Shown: positions 27,563-37,174, counted from the first letter of the stretch. The stretch is DNA of 64,000 nt from Dehalococcoidia bacterium (GCA_965201135.1 OZ241751.1:1780248-1844247), one strand, 5' to 3'. The notes: generated by a model from the letters alone, not told the origin. Numbers and translations: made by a program.

Positions 27563-28621
27563 CTAGTTCCAGATCGTGACGCCCATCAGCACGTCGCCGT
27601 GGTGCACGTCCGCAATCGCCTCGTTGATCTGCTCGAATCCGTAGCGTTTCGTGATGAACGAGCCCAACTCGATGCGTCCCTGCGCCACGAGGTCGAGCAC
27701 CTCGGTGACGTCGCTCGTCCGGCGCATCGCCACCCCTGTCACTTTGATCTCCTTGAAGGGGAAGCGCGAATCGTTGATCGTGATCGGGCCGGGGGGCATC
27801 GCGCCGACGACGGTCGCCGTTCCGGTGGGGCGCGTCGCCCGCACGATCTGGTCGGCGGTCGCGGGGTTGCCGATCGCCTCGAACGTCTTGCGCGCCCCGC
27901 CTTTCGTGATCTCCACCGTCGCCTCGACGGGGTCCTCGGACGAGGCGTTGACGACGTGCGTCGCGCCGTAGGAGAGCGCCGCCTCCAACTTGGTTCCGAC
28001 GACATCGACGGCGACGATGGGGTAGGCGCCGAACAGCCGCAGCATCTGAATGATGTTCAGGCCGACGCCGCCGCAGCCGATCACCATCGCGGACTCGCCG
28101 GGGGCGAGTTGCGCGCCGTTCTTCACGGCGTTGTAGGCGGTCGTCACGCGGCAGCCGACGATGCTGGACTCCTCGAGGCCAACGCCGTCCGGCAGGTGAA
28201 AGACCATATAGGCGGGCACGGAGAGCGTTTGCGTGAAGCCCCCGACGTTCCAGCGCGTCACCTCCGCGCCGTTCGGCCTGACGTAGGGGGAGCCGAGCGG
28301 CATTTGCTGGCAGAGGTTCGGCAGCCCTGTTATGCAGAACTCGCACCGCCCGCAGCGGAAGCGCATGCCGACGGTGACGCGGTCGCCTTCCTTGAAATGC
28401 TCGCGCTGATTCTTGCCCGCGCCCGCGACGACGCCGGAGACCTCGTGCCCCAGCACGGCGGGCAGGCTGGTGGGGATGGAGCCGTCCTGCACCTTGAGGT
28501 CGGTGTGGCAGACGCCGCAGGCGGACACCTGCAGCAGCACGTCGTCGTCCTCCACGAGCGGGTCGCGGAAGTCTTCAATTGCGAGGTCCTGGTCGATGTC
28601 CTGCATCACGGCGGCTTTCAT
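27563..28621 (-). CDS. Zinc-dependent alcohol dehydrogenase (MDR family)
   Basis: Carries CGVCHTDL and GHEVSGVV zinc-ligand motifs and a GCGGVG Rossmann motif. Confidence 0.85.
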   Translation of the reverse strand: MKAAVMQDIDQDLAIEDFRDPLVEDDDVLLQVSACGVCHTDLKVQDGSIPTSLPAVLGHEVSGVVAGAGKNQREHFKEGDRVTVGMRFRCGRCEFCITGLPNLCQQMPLGSPYVRPNGAEVTRWNVGGFTQTLSVPAYMVFHLPDGVGLEESSIVGCRVTTAYNAVKNGAQLAPGESAMVIGCGGVGLNIIQMLRLFGAYPIVAVDVVGTKLEAALSYGATHVVNASSEDPVEATVEITKGGARKTFEAIGNPATADQIVRATRPTGTATVVGAMPPGPITINDSRFPFKEIKVTGVAMRRTSDVTEVLDLVAQGRIELGSFITKRYGFEQINEAIADVHHGDVLMGVTIWN

Positions 28622-28752
28622 CGCGGCGTCCCTCCTTGCGCGCGCAAGCGGCGCGGGCGGGATTCTAGCGCATCGCGCCGCGCGGGGGCGGGGGCGGGCG
28701 GGGGGGACGGCGCAAGACCGCTCCGCGCGTCAGGAGATAGGAAGGCGCGCCC

Positions 28753-29817
28753 CTAGACGGAGATACCGTAGAACTCCAGCGCGTTCCGCCCCAGGATGTC
28801 GTCCACGACCTCCGCGGGGACGCCGCCCTCCTCGCGGATGATCCGCAGCGCCTCAATCTCGCTCGACTGATCCTGGTGGCCGTAGTCCGTCCCGATGAGC
28901 AGATGGCGGTGGTTGACGTACCGCAGCACTTCCGGCAGGTTGTCGTCCGTTTGCGCCGTCACCCAGATGTTGTACGCTCCGAGCACGTCTTCCTCGAGTT
29001 CGCGGCCCCGCGTCTCCAGCCTGCGGCGGAGGTCGTGAATGGCGTAGGGAAGCCACTGGCTGCTCGCCTCGATGTAGCCCCACCGGAGGCTGGGGAACTT
29101 CTTCGGCGTCTCCGTCGTGACGAGTTGGTGGAACGACGCGACGGACATAAGGCGGAGGCCGCCGAACGTTCCGCCGATGCCGTCCTTCGCCATAAGCCCG
29201 CGGATGTAGGCGTTGGAGTTGCCGATGTGCACGGCGATGGGCTGGTTGAGGCGGGCGGCCTCTTCGTAGACGGGGTGGAAGTACTCGTCGATCAGCAGGC
29301 GCTCGTCCTCGATCGTCCGCATCGTGACGCCGCAGGCGCCGTGGTCGGCGGACCAGCGCAGTTGCTCCAGCGCCTCGTCCATCGTGGCGAGGGGAATGAT
29401 GGACGTCCAGCGGAGGCGCCCGCCGCTCTCCTCCCAGATGTCCGCGAGCCAGCGGTTGTAACTGCGGGCGAGCGCGGCCTCCGTGTCCGGGTCGTCGCAC
29501 ATTCGCCCGATGTACATCGTGGGGTAGAGCACCTGGACGTCGATGCCCAACTCGTCCATATGGGCGACGCGGCCGGGGATGTCCTCCATATACCGCTTGG
29601 CGTCGTCGGTGACCATATTGCGGGCGACCTTGGCGGAGAGCCCTTGCGCGGCGACGGGCCCGCGGGCGCGGGAGCGGATCTTGCCGTCGATCTTCCAGAA
29701 GAGCGCTCCGGTGCCGTCGTCCACGACTTGGGGGCGGCGCTTCTCGTCGCCCGGGTCCATATAGTCCCAGGTGCGTTCCGTCTCGACCACGTGCGCGTCG
29801 GAGTCTATGACCGGCAT
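28753..29817 (-). CDS. Amidohydrolase-2 family metal hydrolase
   Basis: MPVIDSDAHVVETERTWDYMDP.. and ..GTDYGHQD. It is a paralog of 15854..16951. Confidence 0.75.
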   Translation of the reverse strand: MPVIDSDAHVVETERTWDYMDPGDEKRRPQVVDDGTGALFWKIDGKIRSRARGPVAAQGLSAKVARNMVTDDAKRYMEDIPGRVAHMDELGIDVQVLYPTMYIGRMCDDPDTEAALARSYNRWLADIWEESGGRLRWTSIIPLATMDEALEQLRWSADHGACGVTMRTIEDERLLIDEYFHPVYEEAARLNQPIAVHIGNSNAYIRGLMAKDGIGGTFGGLRLMSVASFHQLVTTETPKKFPSLRWGYIEASSQWLPYAIHDLRRRLETRGRELEEDVLGAYNIWVTAQTDDNLPEVLRYVNHRHLLIGTDYGHQDQSSEIEALRIIREEGGVPAEVVDDILGRNALEFYGISV

Positions 29818-30008
29818 AGCGAGCCTCCTTGCCGTCCGCGTTCCGCTCGACGGCGCGAACGCTAGCGCTCCGGGCGCGGATTGTCAAAGGGGGCGCTTCG
29901 GCGCTTGCGCGCTTCAAATGGGGTAGGCTCCCGCTTGCGCGGGAATGACGGGGCGCCTGGGGTCACGGGAGACGGCGCGTGGCGCCCGTCTATGGCGCTT
30001 GCGCGCCG

Positions 30009-30301
30009 ATGATCGTCCTTGACACGAACGTCGTATCGGAGTTGATGCGGAGCGCCCGCAGCCGGAAGTTCTCGCTTGGGCGGACGGGCATCCGGCGAAC
30101 ACGCTGTTCACCACCGCCATCACCGAAGCGGAGGGCCGGGCGGGAATCGCCGTGCTGCCCGAAGGAACGCGTCGGCGATGGCTGGCCGAAGCGGCGGAGC
30201 GCCTCTTCGCCGTCGCCTTCGCCGAGCGCATCCTTGCCTTCGACAGCGAAGCGTCGCCCGTCCCCTCCACGCCGCTTGCCCTGCGCGGCGCGGAGGCGTA
30301 G
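30009..30301 (+). pseudogene. VapC/FitB-type PIN toxin remnant (frameshifted and C-terminally degenerate)
   Basis: MIVLDTNVVSELMRSA, then a +1 shift gives RPQPEVLAWADGHPANTLFTTAITEAEGRAGIAVLPEGTRRRWLAEAAERLFAVAFAERILAFD.. The N-terminal two-thirds is collinear with VapC. The expected distal acidic residue region is missing and there is no vapB upstream. Confidence 0.6.
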
Positions 30302-30335
30302 GCTTGCCCCCAGACGCCAGCGAGGAGGGCGCGCG

Positions 30336-32033
30336 ATGTACGACCTGCTGATCAGGAACGGCCGAGTCGCCGACGGATCGGGAATGCCGTCGTTCCACGC
30401 CGACGTCGGCGTCGTGGACGGGCGCGTGGCGGACATGGGGCGCCTCTCCGGTCCGACGCGCCGCGAGATCGACGCGGAGGAGCGCGTCGTCGCCCCCGGC
30501 TTCATCGACAATCACTGCCACTTCGACGCGCAGGCGACGTGGGACCCGCTCTGCACGTTCTCTCCGCAGCACGGCGTCACGTCCGTCATCTTCGGCAACT
30601 GCTCGCTCACGCTCGCGCCGGTCAAGCCCGACGACCACGACGCGCTTGCGATGATGCTCTCGCGGGTCGAGGCGATTCCGATGGAGAGCCTGCAGGCGGG
30701 CATTCCGTGGGAGTGGACGACGTTCGGGGGCTACCTGGACTATCTCGACCGGCGGCTGGGCGTGAACGCGGGCGCGCTCGTGGGGCACTCCGCCGTCCGC
30801 AGATGGGTTATGGGCGACGACGCCCATCAGCGCGCCGAGGCGACTCCCGCCGAAATGGAGGAGATGAAGAGCCTCGTCCGCGACTCCGTGCGGCAGGGCG
30901 CGCTCGGCGTTTCGTTCAACCGGAACAGCGGGCACATGGACTTGCTTGGGCGCCCGATTCCGGGCATCGTTCCGCCGGTCGACGAGTTGTACGAACTCGC
31001 GGGGGCGCTCCGTGACGTCGGGGCCGGGGTCGTGCAGTGCGGCGCGGCGTACCCGCTCGAGATCCGTGACGGCTTCGCCACGAAACTGGGCGAGCGGTCG
31101 CAGCGGCCGGTCGTCTACAACCAGATCGTGCACAACGCGAGCGAGCCCGACCGCTGGCGGACGCATATGGAGATCGTGGAGCGCGGCATCGCCGAGGGGC
31201 GGCAGGTGTACCCGGTGGTGAATCCGCGTCCGTCGGCGCAGCGGTTCACGATGCGGAACGCGCAGGTGTTCGACCGCCTTCCCGCGTGGCGCGAGGTGAT
31301 GCTGGGGTCGGTCGAGGAGAAGGCGGCGGCGTTCCGCGACCCGGCGACGCGGAGCCGTCTGCGGGCGGAGGCGGTCGAGGGGCGCGACTTGCCGACGGGG
31401 GCGCTGCCGATCAACTGGGAGCGCATCTTCATCACGCGGACGCTGAAGGAGCGCAACGCCGCCTACAAGGGCATGAGCGTCGCGCAGGTGGCGGCGGCGC
31501 AGAACAAGGACATGCTCGACGGCTTTCTCGACCTCGTGCTGGACGAGGATCTGGGCACGGGGCTGCAGAACAGCCAGTCGGGGGCGGACGGCGGCGTGAT
31601 GGGGCGGCTCGTGGCGAGCCCGCACACGGTGATCGGGCTGTCGGACGCGGGGGCGCACGTGGTGTTCGAGGCGGGCTACGGCTACAGCACGCTGGTGCTG
31701 GGGCACTGGGTTCGGGACGAGGGCGCGCTCTCGCTGGAGGAGGCCGTCCGCAAATTGTCGTTTATGCAGGCGTCGCTCTTCGGGCTGCACGACCGCGGCC
31801 TGTTGCGCCCGGGCTACGCCGCCGACGTCGTCGTCTTCGATCCGGAGACCGTCGCCGCGGAGGAGCCGGACGAGGTGAGCGACCTTCCCGGCGGGCTGAC
31901 GCGCCTGCGCCAGAAGGCGGTCGGCGTGGACTACACCATCGTCAACGGCGAGGTTCTGCTGGAGGCCGGGGAGCACACGGGGGCCTTCCCGGGGCGGACG
32001 CTCCGCAGCCGCGCGCCCGTCGCGGCGGGCTGA
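30336..32033 (+). CDS. N-acyl-D-amino-acid deacylase (D-aminoacylase) family amidohydrolase
   Basis: Start at ATG 30336 after GAGGAGGG. MYDLLIRNGRVADGSG..APGFIDNHCHFD is the HxH metal site. 565 aa. Track ORF 29979.. fuses it artificially to the vapC remnant frame. Confidence 0.8.
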   Translation: MYDLLIRNGRVADGSGMPSFHADVGVVDGRVADMGRLSGPTRREIDAEERVVAPGFIDNHCHFDAQATWDPLCTFSPQHGVTSVIFGNCSLTLAPVKPDDHDALAMMLSRVEAIPMESLQAGIPWEWTTFGGYLDYLDRRLGVNAGALVGHSAVRRWVMGDDAHQRAEATPAEMEEMKSLVRDSVRQGALGVSFNRNSGHMDLLGRPIPGIVPPVDELYELAGALRDVGAGVVQCGAAYPLEIRDGFATKLGERSQRPVVYNQIVHNASEPDRWRTHMEIVERGIAEGRQVYPVVNPRPSAQRFTMRNAQVFDRLPAWREVMLGSVEEKAAAFRDPATRSRLRAEAVEGRDLPTGALPINWERIFITRTLKERNAAYKGMSVAQVAAAQNKDMLDGFLDLVLDEDLGTGLQNSQSGADGGVMGRLVASPHTVIGLSDAGAHVVFEAGYGYSTLVLGHWVRDEGALSLEEAVRKLSFMQASLFGLHDRGLLRPGYAADVVVFDPETVAAEEPDEVSDLPGGLTRLRQKAVGVDYTIVNGEVLLEAGEHTGAFPGRTLRSRAPVAAG

Positions 32034-32063
32034 CGGCGGGAGGCGAGGGAGGAAATCCGGCGG

Positions 32064-32300
32064 ATGAGTTCGGGGGAAGAGACGAACGAATTGCGGGAGC
32101 GCGTGTTCGCGGTCGGCGCGGTCGTGCGCGAGTTGACGCGAGGCCGGACGCCTCTCCGGATGTCCGCCGAGGAGCAGGATTTGGAGAAGGCTGCGCGCGA
32201 CGCGCAGGCGTTCGTCAACGCGAACGCGAAGGAGATGCGCGCCGTCCGCGCCCGGCTGGCCTCGGTCCAGGCCGTCCTCGCCCGCCGCGCCTCCTCCTAG
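32064..32300 (+). CDS. Hypothetical small protein
   Basis: 78 aa, helical and charged, with non-shadow composition. It starts 30 nt after the preceding gene. No family recognised. Confidence 0.35.
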   Translation: MSSGEETNELRERVFAVGAVVRELTRGRTPLRMSAEEQDLEKAARDAQAFVNANAKEMRAVRARLASVQAVLARRASS

Positions 32301-32423
32301 CCGCGATGGGCGCGGGGGCATAGGGGTGGGTAGGTTCCCGCTTTCGCGGGAATGACGGGGCGCGTTGCGCCCCAACCGCAGTACCCTCTCCCGCCGCGTT
32401 CGCGGCGTCCTCTCCCCTTATAG

Positions 32424-33629
32424 GAGACCTTTGCATAACCTTCCGCAATCGCGCACAATGACCGCAACCCGCAACCGCGAGGAGACTGCTATGCATCTCG
32501 AAGCCAGCGACCCCTCCTTCATCGACGCCTTCCTCCCTTTCAACGCAGGCCGCAACGACAGACTCGACCGCATCGACCGCCTCATCGATTGGCCCAAAGT
32601 CGCAGCCCTACTCGACGATGTCCACGCCGCGCCCGAAGGACGGCCCGCCTACCGCCCGATCACGATGGTCAAGATCATCGTCCTCCAGCAGTGGTACGAC
32701 TCCTCCGACGTCGGCATGGAGGAGGCGCTCCAAGACCGGCTGTCGTTCCGCCGCTTCGCGGAGCTCACGCTGACGGACGCGGTTCCCGACCACTCGACGA
32801 TCAGCCGGTTTCGGAAGAAGATCACGGAGCGGGGGCTGGCGCGGGCGCTGTTCGCGGAAGTGAATCGGCAGTTGGAGGCGAAGGGCATGCTGGTGAAGCG
32901 CGGAACGCTGATCGACGCGACGATCATCGAGGCGCAGGCGCGGCGCCCGCATTCGGAGGCTGGAGCGCGGAGCGGAACGGACCCCGACGCCGCGTGGACG
33001 AAGAAGGGGAAGAAGTCGCATTTCGGCTACAAGATGCACATAGGGATGGACGCGGGGTCAGGGCTGGTGCGCGGGGTTGAGTTCACGCCTGCGAACGTTG
33101 CGGACACGGATGTTGCGGACGCGCTGATCATGGGGGACGAAGAGGCGGTGTACGCGGACAAGGCGTATGAGTCGAAGGAGCGTCGTGAGCGTCTGCGGGC
33201 GCAGGGCGTGAAGGATCGGATCATGCATCGGGGGCATAAGCATCAGACGGAGCTGCCGCATTGGCAGCGGCGGCGGAACGGGCTGCTGTCGAAGGTTCGG
33301 GCGCCGGTGGAGCAGGTGTTTGGGACGCTGAAGCGCAGCTATGGGTACTGGCGGGTTCGGTACATGGGGCTAATGAGGAACGAGGCGGAGGCGTTGTTCA
33401 AGGCGCTGGCGTACAACCTGCGGCGCGCGGACGGGTTGAGAGAGGGTTGCGCTGTGCATGGGTAGGGGCGTATTGCGCCCGTTGGGGGTACGAGGCCCTG
33501 CGAAGCCCCTAAATTGGGGGCGAGCAGGGGAGGTGGAGGCCGTTATCGGGGGATTTGGGCGGTTGAATGGCTGATTCCGGGGGCGCGGAACTGCCGATCG
33601 CGCTGATGCGAGGGTTATGCAAAGGACTC
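32424..33629 (+). mobile_element. Intact IS5-family insertion sequence (1206 bp)
   Basis: Terminal inverted repeats are GAGACCTTTGCATAACC (32424..) and GGTTATGCAAAGGACTC (..33629). There is a 5-bp direct repeat TATAG at 32419..32423 and 33630..33634. It is inserted in the loop of repeat module C (CCTCTCCCCT-TATAG / TATAG-GGAGAGGGGG). Confidence 0.9.
32491..33465 (+). CDS. IS5-family DDE transposase
   Basis: Start at ATG 32491. ..TMVKIIVLQQWYDSSDVGMEEALQDRLSFRRFA..LIDATIIEA..ADKAYES..VEQVFGTLKRSYGY.. are typical IS5-group motifs. Confidence 0.9.
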   Translation: MHLEASDPSFIDAFLPFNAGRNDRLDRIDRLIDWPKVAALLDDVHAAPEGRPAYRPITMVKIIVLQQWYDSSDVGMEEALQDRLSFRRFAELTLTDAVPDHSTISRFRKKITERGLARALFAEVNRQLEAKGMLVKRGTLIDATIIEAQARRPHSEAGARSGTDPDAAWTKKGKKSHFGYKMHIGMDAGSGLVRGVEFTPANVADTDVADALIMGDEEAVYADKAYESKERRERLRAQGVKDRIMHRGHKHQTELPHWQRRRNGLLSKVRAPVEQVFGTLKRSYGYWRVRYMGLMRNEAEALFKALAYNLRRADGLREGCAVHG

Positions 33630-33714
33630 TATAGGGAGAGGGGGAATGCGGCGCTTATGCGCCCGACTGGATTCCTTGCTACGCAGGCAGGCGGCGGGTT
33701 ATGCAAAAGTTCCG

Positions 33715-34818
33715 CTAACCGGAGCGCTGCTCCGGCGGGAAGACGGCGACCGGGCCGTTGACGCCAATCCGCAGCCGCTCGCCTGCCTCTATGGGAACGC
33801 CCGCGCCCACGCCCACGATGGACATGACCTCCGCGCCGCAAGCGAGGCGCAGAAAGACGGCCTTGTAGGCGCCCCGGAACTCGACGGACGTCGCTTCCGC
33901 CTCGACCGTCGGGCCCCTCTCAGGACGCAGGCGGATCGTTTCGGGGCGAACGGAGACTTTGACGGCGCCGTCAAGGGCGCCGGCGTTGGCGACGCGCAGC
34001 GTTCCCAACGCGCACGCCACGCTTCCGCCGACGCGCTCGCCGTCGAGGATGTTGGCCGCGCCGAGGAATCGCGCCGCCTCCAGCGAAACGGGCGAGAGGC
34101 ATACGTCCTCCGGCGGGCCGCATTGGACGACGGCGCCGCGCAGCATAATGCAGACGGCGTCGGCGAGGGCGAACGCTTCGTCCTGATCGTGCGTCACGAA
34201 TACGGCGGTCGCGCCGGCCTCGCGGAGGATCCGGCGCGTCTCGCCGCGGACGCGCTGCCGCAGGTCGGCGTCCAGGTTCGAGAACGGCTCGTCGAGCAGC
34301 ACGACGCTCGGCTTGGCCGCGAGCGCGCGGGCGAGGGCGACGCGCTGCTGCTGCCCGCCGGAGAGTTCGTGAGGCAGGCGCTCGGCCTCCGGGCGAACGC
34401 CGACGAGGTCGAGCGCGGCGTCCACGGCGCGGTCGCGCCCCTCTCCCCGCGGAACGCCGAACGCGACGTTTTTTCGGACCGTGAGGTGCGGGAAGAGCGC
34501 GTAGTCCTGAAAGACCATTCCGACGCGGCGGCGCTCCGGCGGCGTGAACGAGGTAGGCGACGCGACGACCGCGCCGTCCACCGACACGCTGCCGGCGTCG
34601 GGCGCCTCGAAGCCCGCGATGAGGCGGAGGATAGTGGTTTTGCCGCATCCGCTAGGGCCGAGGAGCGCCGTCATGCTTCCGCGGGCGGCCTCGAAGGAGG
34701 CGCCGGCGACGGCTTGCGCGTCGCCGAAGCGTTTGGCGAGCGCCTCGACGCGGACGGCGGGGCCGTCGAGGGGCGGTGCGGGGCGGGAGGCGCTCCGGCG
34801 GGAAAATACGACGCGCAT
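33715..34818 (-). CDS. ABC transporter ATP-binding protein (PotA/FbpC-like), orphan
   Basis: Walker A GPSGCGKTT, signature LSGGQQQRV, Walker B VVLLDEP, and a C-terminal TOBE-like extension. No permease or binding-protein gene is nearby. Confidence 0.85.
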   Translation of the reverse strand: MRVVFSRRSASRPAPPLDGPAVRVEALAKRFGDAQAVAGASFEAARGSMTALLGPSGCGKTTILRLIAGFEAPDAGSVSVDGAVVASPTSFTPPERRRVGMVFQDYALFPHLTVRKNVAFGVPRGEGRDRAVDAALDLVGVRPEAERLPHELSGGQQQRVALARALAAKPSVVLLDEPFSNLDADLRQRVRGETRRILREAGATAVFVTHDQDEAFALADAVCIMLRGAVVQCGPPEDVCLSPVSLEAARFLGAANILDGERVGGSVACALGTLRVANAGALDGAVKVSVRPETIRLRPERGPTVEAEATSVEFRGAYKAVFLRLACGAEVMSIVGVGAGVPIEAGERLRIGVNGPVAVFPPEQRSG

Positions 34819-34943
34819 ACCCTAACGATACGCGCATGCGATGCGCGGCGCAATGGACGGACGAAGCCTAACGCGCTCCGCGCGCTTTTGGCGGCGGGGC
34901 GGGGTCCGTCGCAGCGCAGGGAAGGGGCGTTCGCGCAAGAGGG

Positions 34944-35178
34944 TGGGGTAGGTTCCCGCTTTCGCGGGAATGACGCGGCCCCTGGGGATTGAGGAGACGG
35001 GCTACGCCCGTCTGTGGCGCCGTGGCGCCGAATGGATTCCTGCCTACGCAGGAATGACGGCAAGGAGGATGGAATGATGCGGCGCGTTGCGCCCCGTCCG
35101 CAGTACCCTCTCCCGCCGCGTTCGCGGCGTCCTCTCCCCTTCTAGGGGGGGCCATCATTCCCGCGAACGCGGAAATCC
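34944..35178. repeat. Palindromic repeat mosaic
   Basis: A reverse type II unit followed by reverse E-D-C modules and a degenerate module A. Confidence 0.9.
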
Positions 35179-35181
35179 GCT

Positions 35182-35313
35182 CTACTTCCCCGTCGCCTTG
35201 AGCGCGTCCACCTCGCTCTGCAGCGATGCGACCTGCGCCCGAAGCGAGGCCAGTTCCCCCCGCATCTGCTTGATCTCGACCTCGATGACCGTCAGTTCGG
35301 ATTTCGTAACCAT
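35182..35313 (-). CDS. Possible 43-aa coiled-coil peptide
   Basis: Hand translation gives MVTKSELTVIEVEIKQMRGELASLRAQVASLQSEVDALKATGK*. AGGAG lies 8 nt upstream, and the ORF is 23 nt downstream of the FmdB-like gene. It is below the ORF-track size cutoff. Confidence 0.35.
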   Translation of the reverse strand: MVTKSELTVIEVEIKQMRGELASLRAQVASLQSEVDALKATGK

Positions 35314-35336
35314 CCCATGCTCCTGGAGGCCGCGGC

Positions 35337-35543
35337 CTATCCCTGATTTCCCTGACCGGAGCGGAACGCCCCGCTCCGAGGCACGCGCAGCGTGTAGCCC
35401 TCTTTCGACGCGAACACCGACGGCAGACGCCCCGCCTCCTTACCGCACAACGGACACTCCGCCGGGCTGTCCGCCTCGCTCATCGGCTTGCGCCGCTCGA
35501 ACTCCTCGCCGCAGTCCGAGCAGCGGTATTCGTACAACGCCAT
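35337..35543 (-). CDS. FmdB-family zinc-ribbon protein
   Basis: MALYEYRCSDCGEEFE..CPLCG is the CxxC..CxxC putative regulatory zinc-ribbon signature. Confidence 0.75.
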   Translation of the reverse strand: MALYEYRCSDCGEEFERRKPMSEADSPAECPLCGKEAGRLPSVFASKEGYTLRVPRSGAFRSGQGNQG

Positions 35544-35672
35544 CTCTTCCGCTCCTTCCAATGTCGCCGAGCCTCGCCATCCGCCGGACGCATCATAGTC
35601 TACTCCCCAAGCCTGACGGCGGGCGAGGCGGCTTTGCTACAATCATCGCCCAGCGCAGGAGGACAATTCCCT

Positions 35673-36695
35673 ATGGGCGTGCCCGCGTCGCAGGCTTGGA
35701 CGGTCGCCGCCTACGTGCTCAAGCAGCGCGTCAGGCGCCGCGAGCGCTATCCGCTTGTCCTAATGCTGGAGCCCCTCCTGCGCTGCAACCTCGCCTGCGC
35801 CGGATGCGGCAAGATCCAGTATCCCCCGCATGTCCTCAAGCGCGCCCTCTCCGTCGAGCAATGCCTCGCCGCCGTCGAGGAGTGCGGCGCCCCCATCGTC
35901 AGCATCCCCGGCGGCGAGCCGCTCCTCTATCCCCATATCGGCGAACTCGTCAAGGAACTCGTCCGCCGCAAGAAATACGTCTACCTCTGCACGAACGCCC
36001 TGCTGCTGAGCGAAAAGTTGGCCGAGGGCGTGTTCGCGCCCTCCAAGCGCCTCACCTTCAGCGTCCATATGGACGGCCTCCGCGAGGAGCACGACGCGTC
36101 CGTCTGCCGCGCCGGCGTCTACGACATAGCGACCGACGCCATACGCGACGCCATACGCCGCGGCTTCCGCGTAACCACCAACACCACGCTCTTCAGCGCG
36201 TCCGAGCCCGCCCGCGTCCGCGACTTCTTCGACGCGATGACGGACCTCGGCGTCGAAGGAATGATGATCTCCCCGGGCTACTCCTACGAGAACGCGCCCG
36301 ACCAAAACTCCTTCCTAGAGCGCGAGAAAACCCGCGAACTCTTCGCCCAAGCGCTCGCCGGCAAGAAGAAGCGCTGGCGGTTCAACCAGTCCCCCCTCTT
36401 CCTGCAGTTCCTGATGGGCAAGCGCGAGTTCGAATGCCTGCCCTGGGGCAACCCCCTCTACACCATCTTCGGATGGCAGCGCCCTTGCTACCTCCTGCAA
36501 GACGGCTACGCCCCGACCTTCCGCCAACTGATGGACGAGACCCCGTGGGAGGAGTACGGGCGCGCCAGCGGCAACCCTCAATGCGCCGACTGCATGGTGC
36601 ACTCCGGCTACGAGCCCGCCGCCGTCCACGCGACGTTCGCCACCTGGCGCGGCCTCCGCGACGCCGCAGCCGCCACGCTCTCCGGCAGGCTCTAA
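35673..36695 (+). CDS. hpnH: Adenosyl-hopene transferase (radical SAM)
   Basis: Start at ATG 35673 after AGGAGGA. ..RYPLVLMLEPLLRCNLACAGCGKIQYP.. (CxxxCxxC), ..YLCTNALLL.. and ..WGNPLYTIFGWQRPCYLL..CADCMVHSGYE are collinear with HpnH. Confidence 0.9.
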   Translation: MGVPASQAWTVAAYVLKQRVRRRERYPLVLMLEPLLRCNLACAGCGKIQYPPHVLKRALSVEQCLAAVEECGAPIVSIPGGEPLLYPHIGELVKELVRRKKYVYLCTNALLLSEKLAEGVFAPSKRLTFSVHMDGLREEHDASVCRAGVYDIATDAIRDAIRRGFRVTTNTTLFSASEPARVRDFFDAMTDLGVEGMMISPGYSYENAPDQNSFLEREKTRELFAQALAGKKKRWRFNQSPLFLQFLMGKREFECLPWGNPLYTIFGWQRPCYLLQDGYAPTFRQLMDETPWEEYGRASGNPQCADCMVHSGYEPAAVHATFATWRGLRDAAAATLSGRL

Positions 36696-36742
36696 ATAGA
36701 CCTTCGCCCACCCTCAACAAGCCTCGCCAGCCGCCCGCCCAT

Positions 36743-37150
36743 GACCGTCATTCCCGCGCAAGCGGGAATCTCGCCCCATTGAGGCGCGCAAGCGCCGAAT
36801 TCCCCCTCTCCCTATAGGGGAGAGGACGCCGCAAACGCGGCGGGAGAGGGTACTGCGGACGGGGCGCGTAGCGTCCCGTCATTCCCCACCCTTACCGTCA
36901 TTCCGGCGTAGGCCGGAATCCATTCGGCGCCCCAGCGCCACAGACGGGCGCAAGCCCGTCTCCATAGATCCCCCGGGCGCCTCGTCATTCCCGCGAAAGC
37001 GGGAACCTACCCCCGCGCCGCTTCCCCTCTACCGTCATTCCGGCGTAGGCCGGAATCCATTCGGCGCCCCAGCGCCACAGACGGGCGCAAGCCCGTCTCC
37101 ATAGATCCCCCGGGCGCCCCGTCATTCTCGCGAAAGCGGGAACCTACCCC
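36743..37150. repeat. Palindromic repeat mosaic containing a tandem duplication of a ~120-bp type II unit
   Basis: Modules A-B-C-D-E are followed by two near-identical copies (36894..37014 and 37031..37150) of ACCGTCATTCCGGCGTAGGCCGGAATCCATTCGGCGCCCCAGCGCCACAGACGGGCGCAAGCCCGTCTCCATAGATCCCCCGGGCGCC.CGTCATTC.CGCGAAAGCGGGAACCTACCCC. Confidence 0.9.
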
Positions 37151-37174
37151 TCGCCCCACCCCCATCGTGCTACG

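Noticed and set aside
29979-30335. N-terminal 119 codons of the 684-aa track ORF as part of the D-aminoacylase
   Set aside because: This part is the out-of-frame vapC remnant read in a Ser/Pro/Arg-rich frame. The amidohydrolase begins at ATG 30336, with a strong RBS and the typical MYDLLIRNG N-terminus.
30120-32375. 751-aa antisense ORF opposite the D-aminoacylase gene
   Set aside because: It is an antisense shadow. The sense frame carries the HxH amidohydrolase signature and a good RBS.
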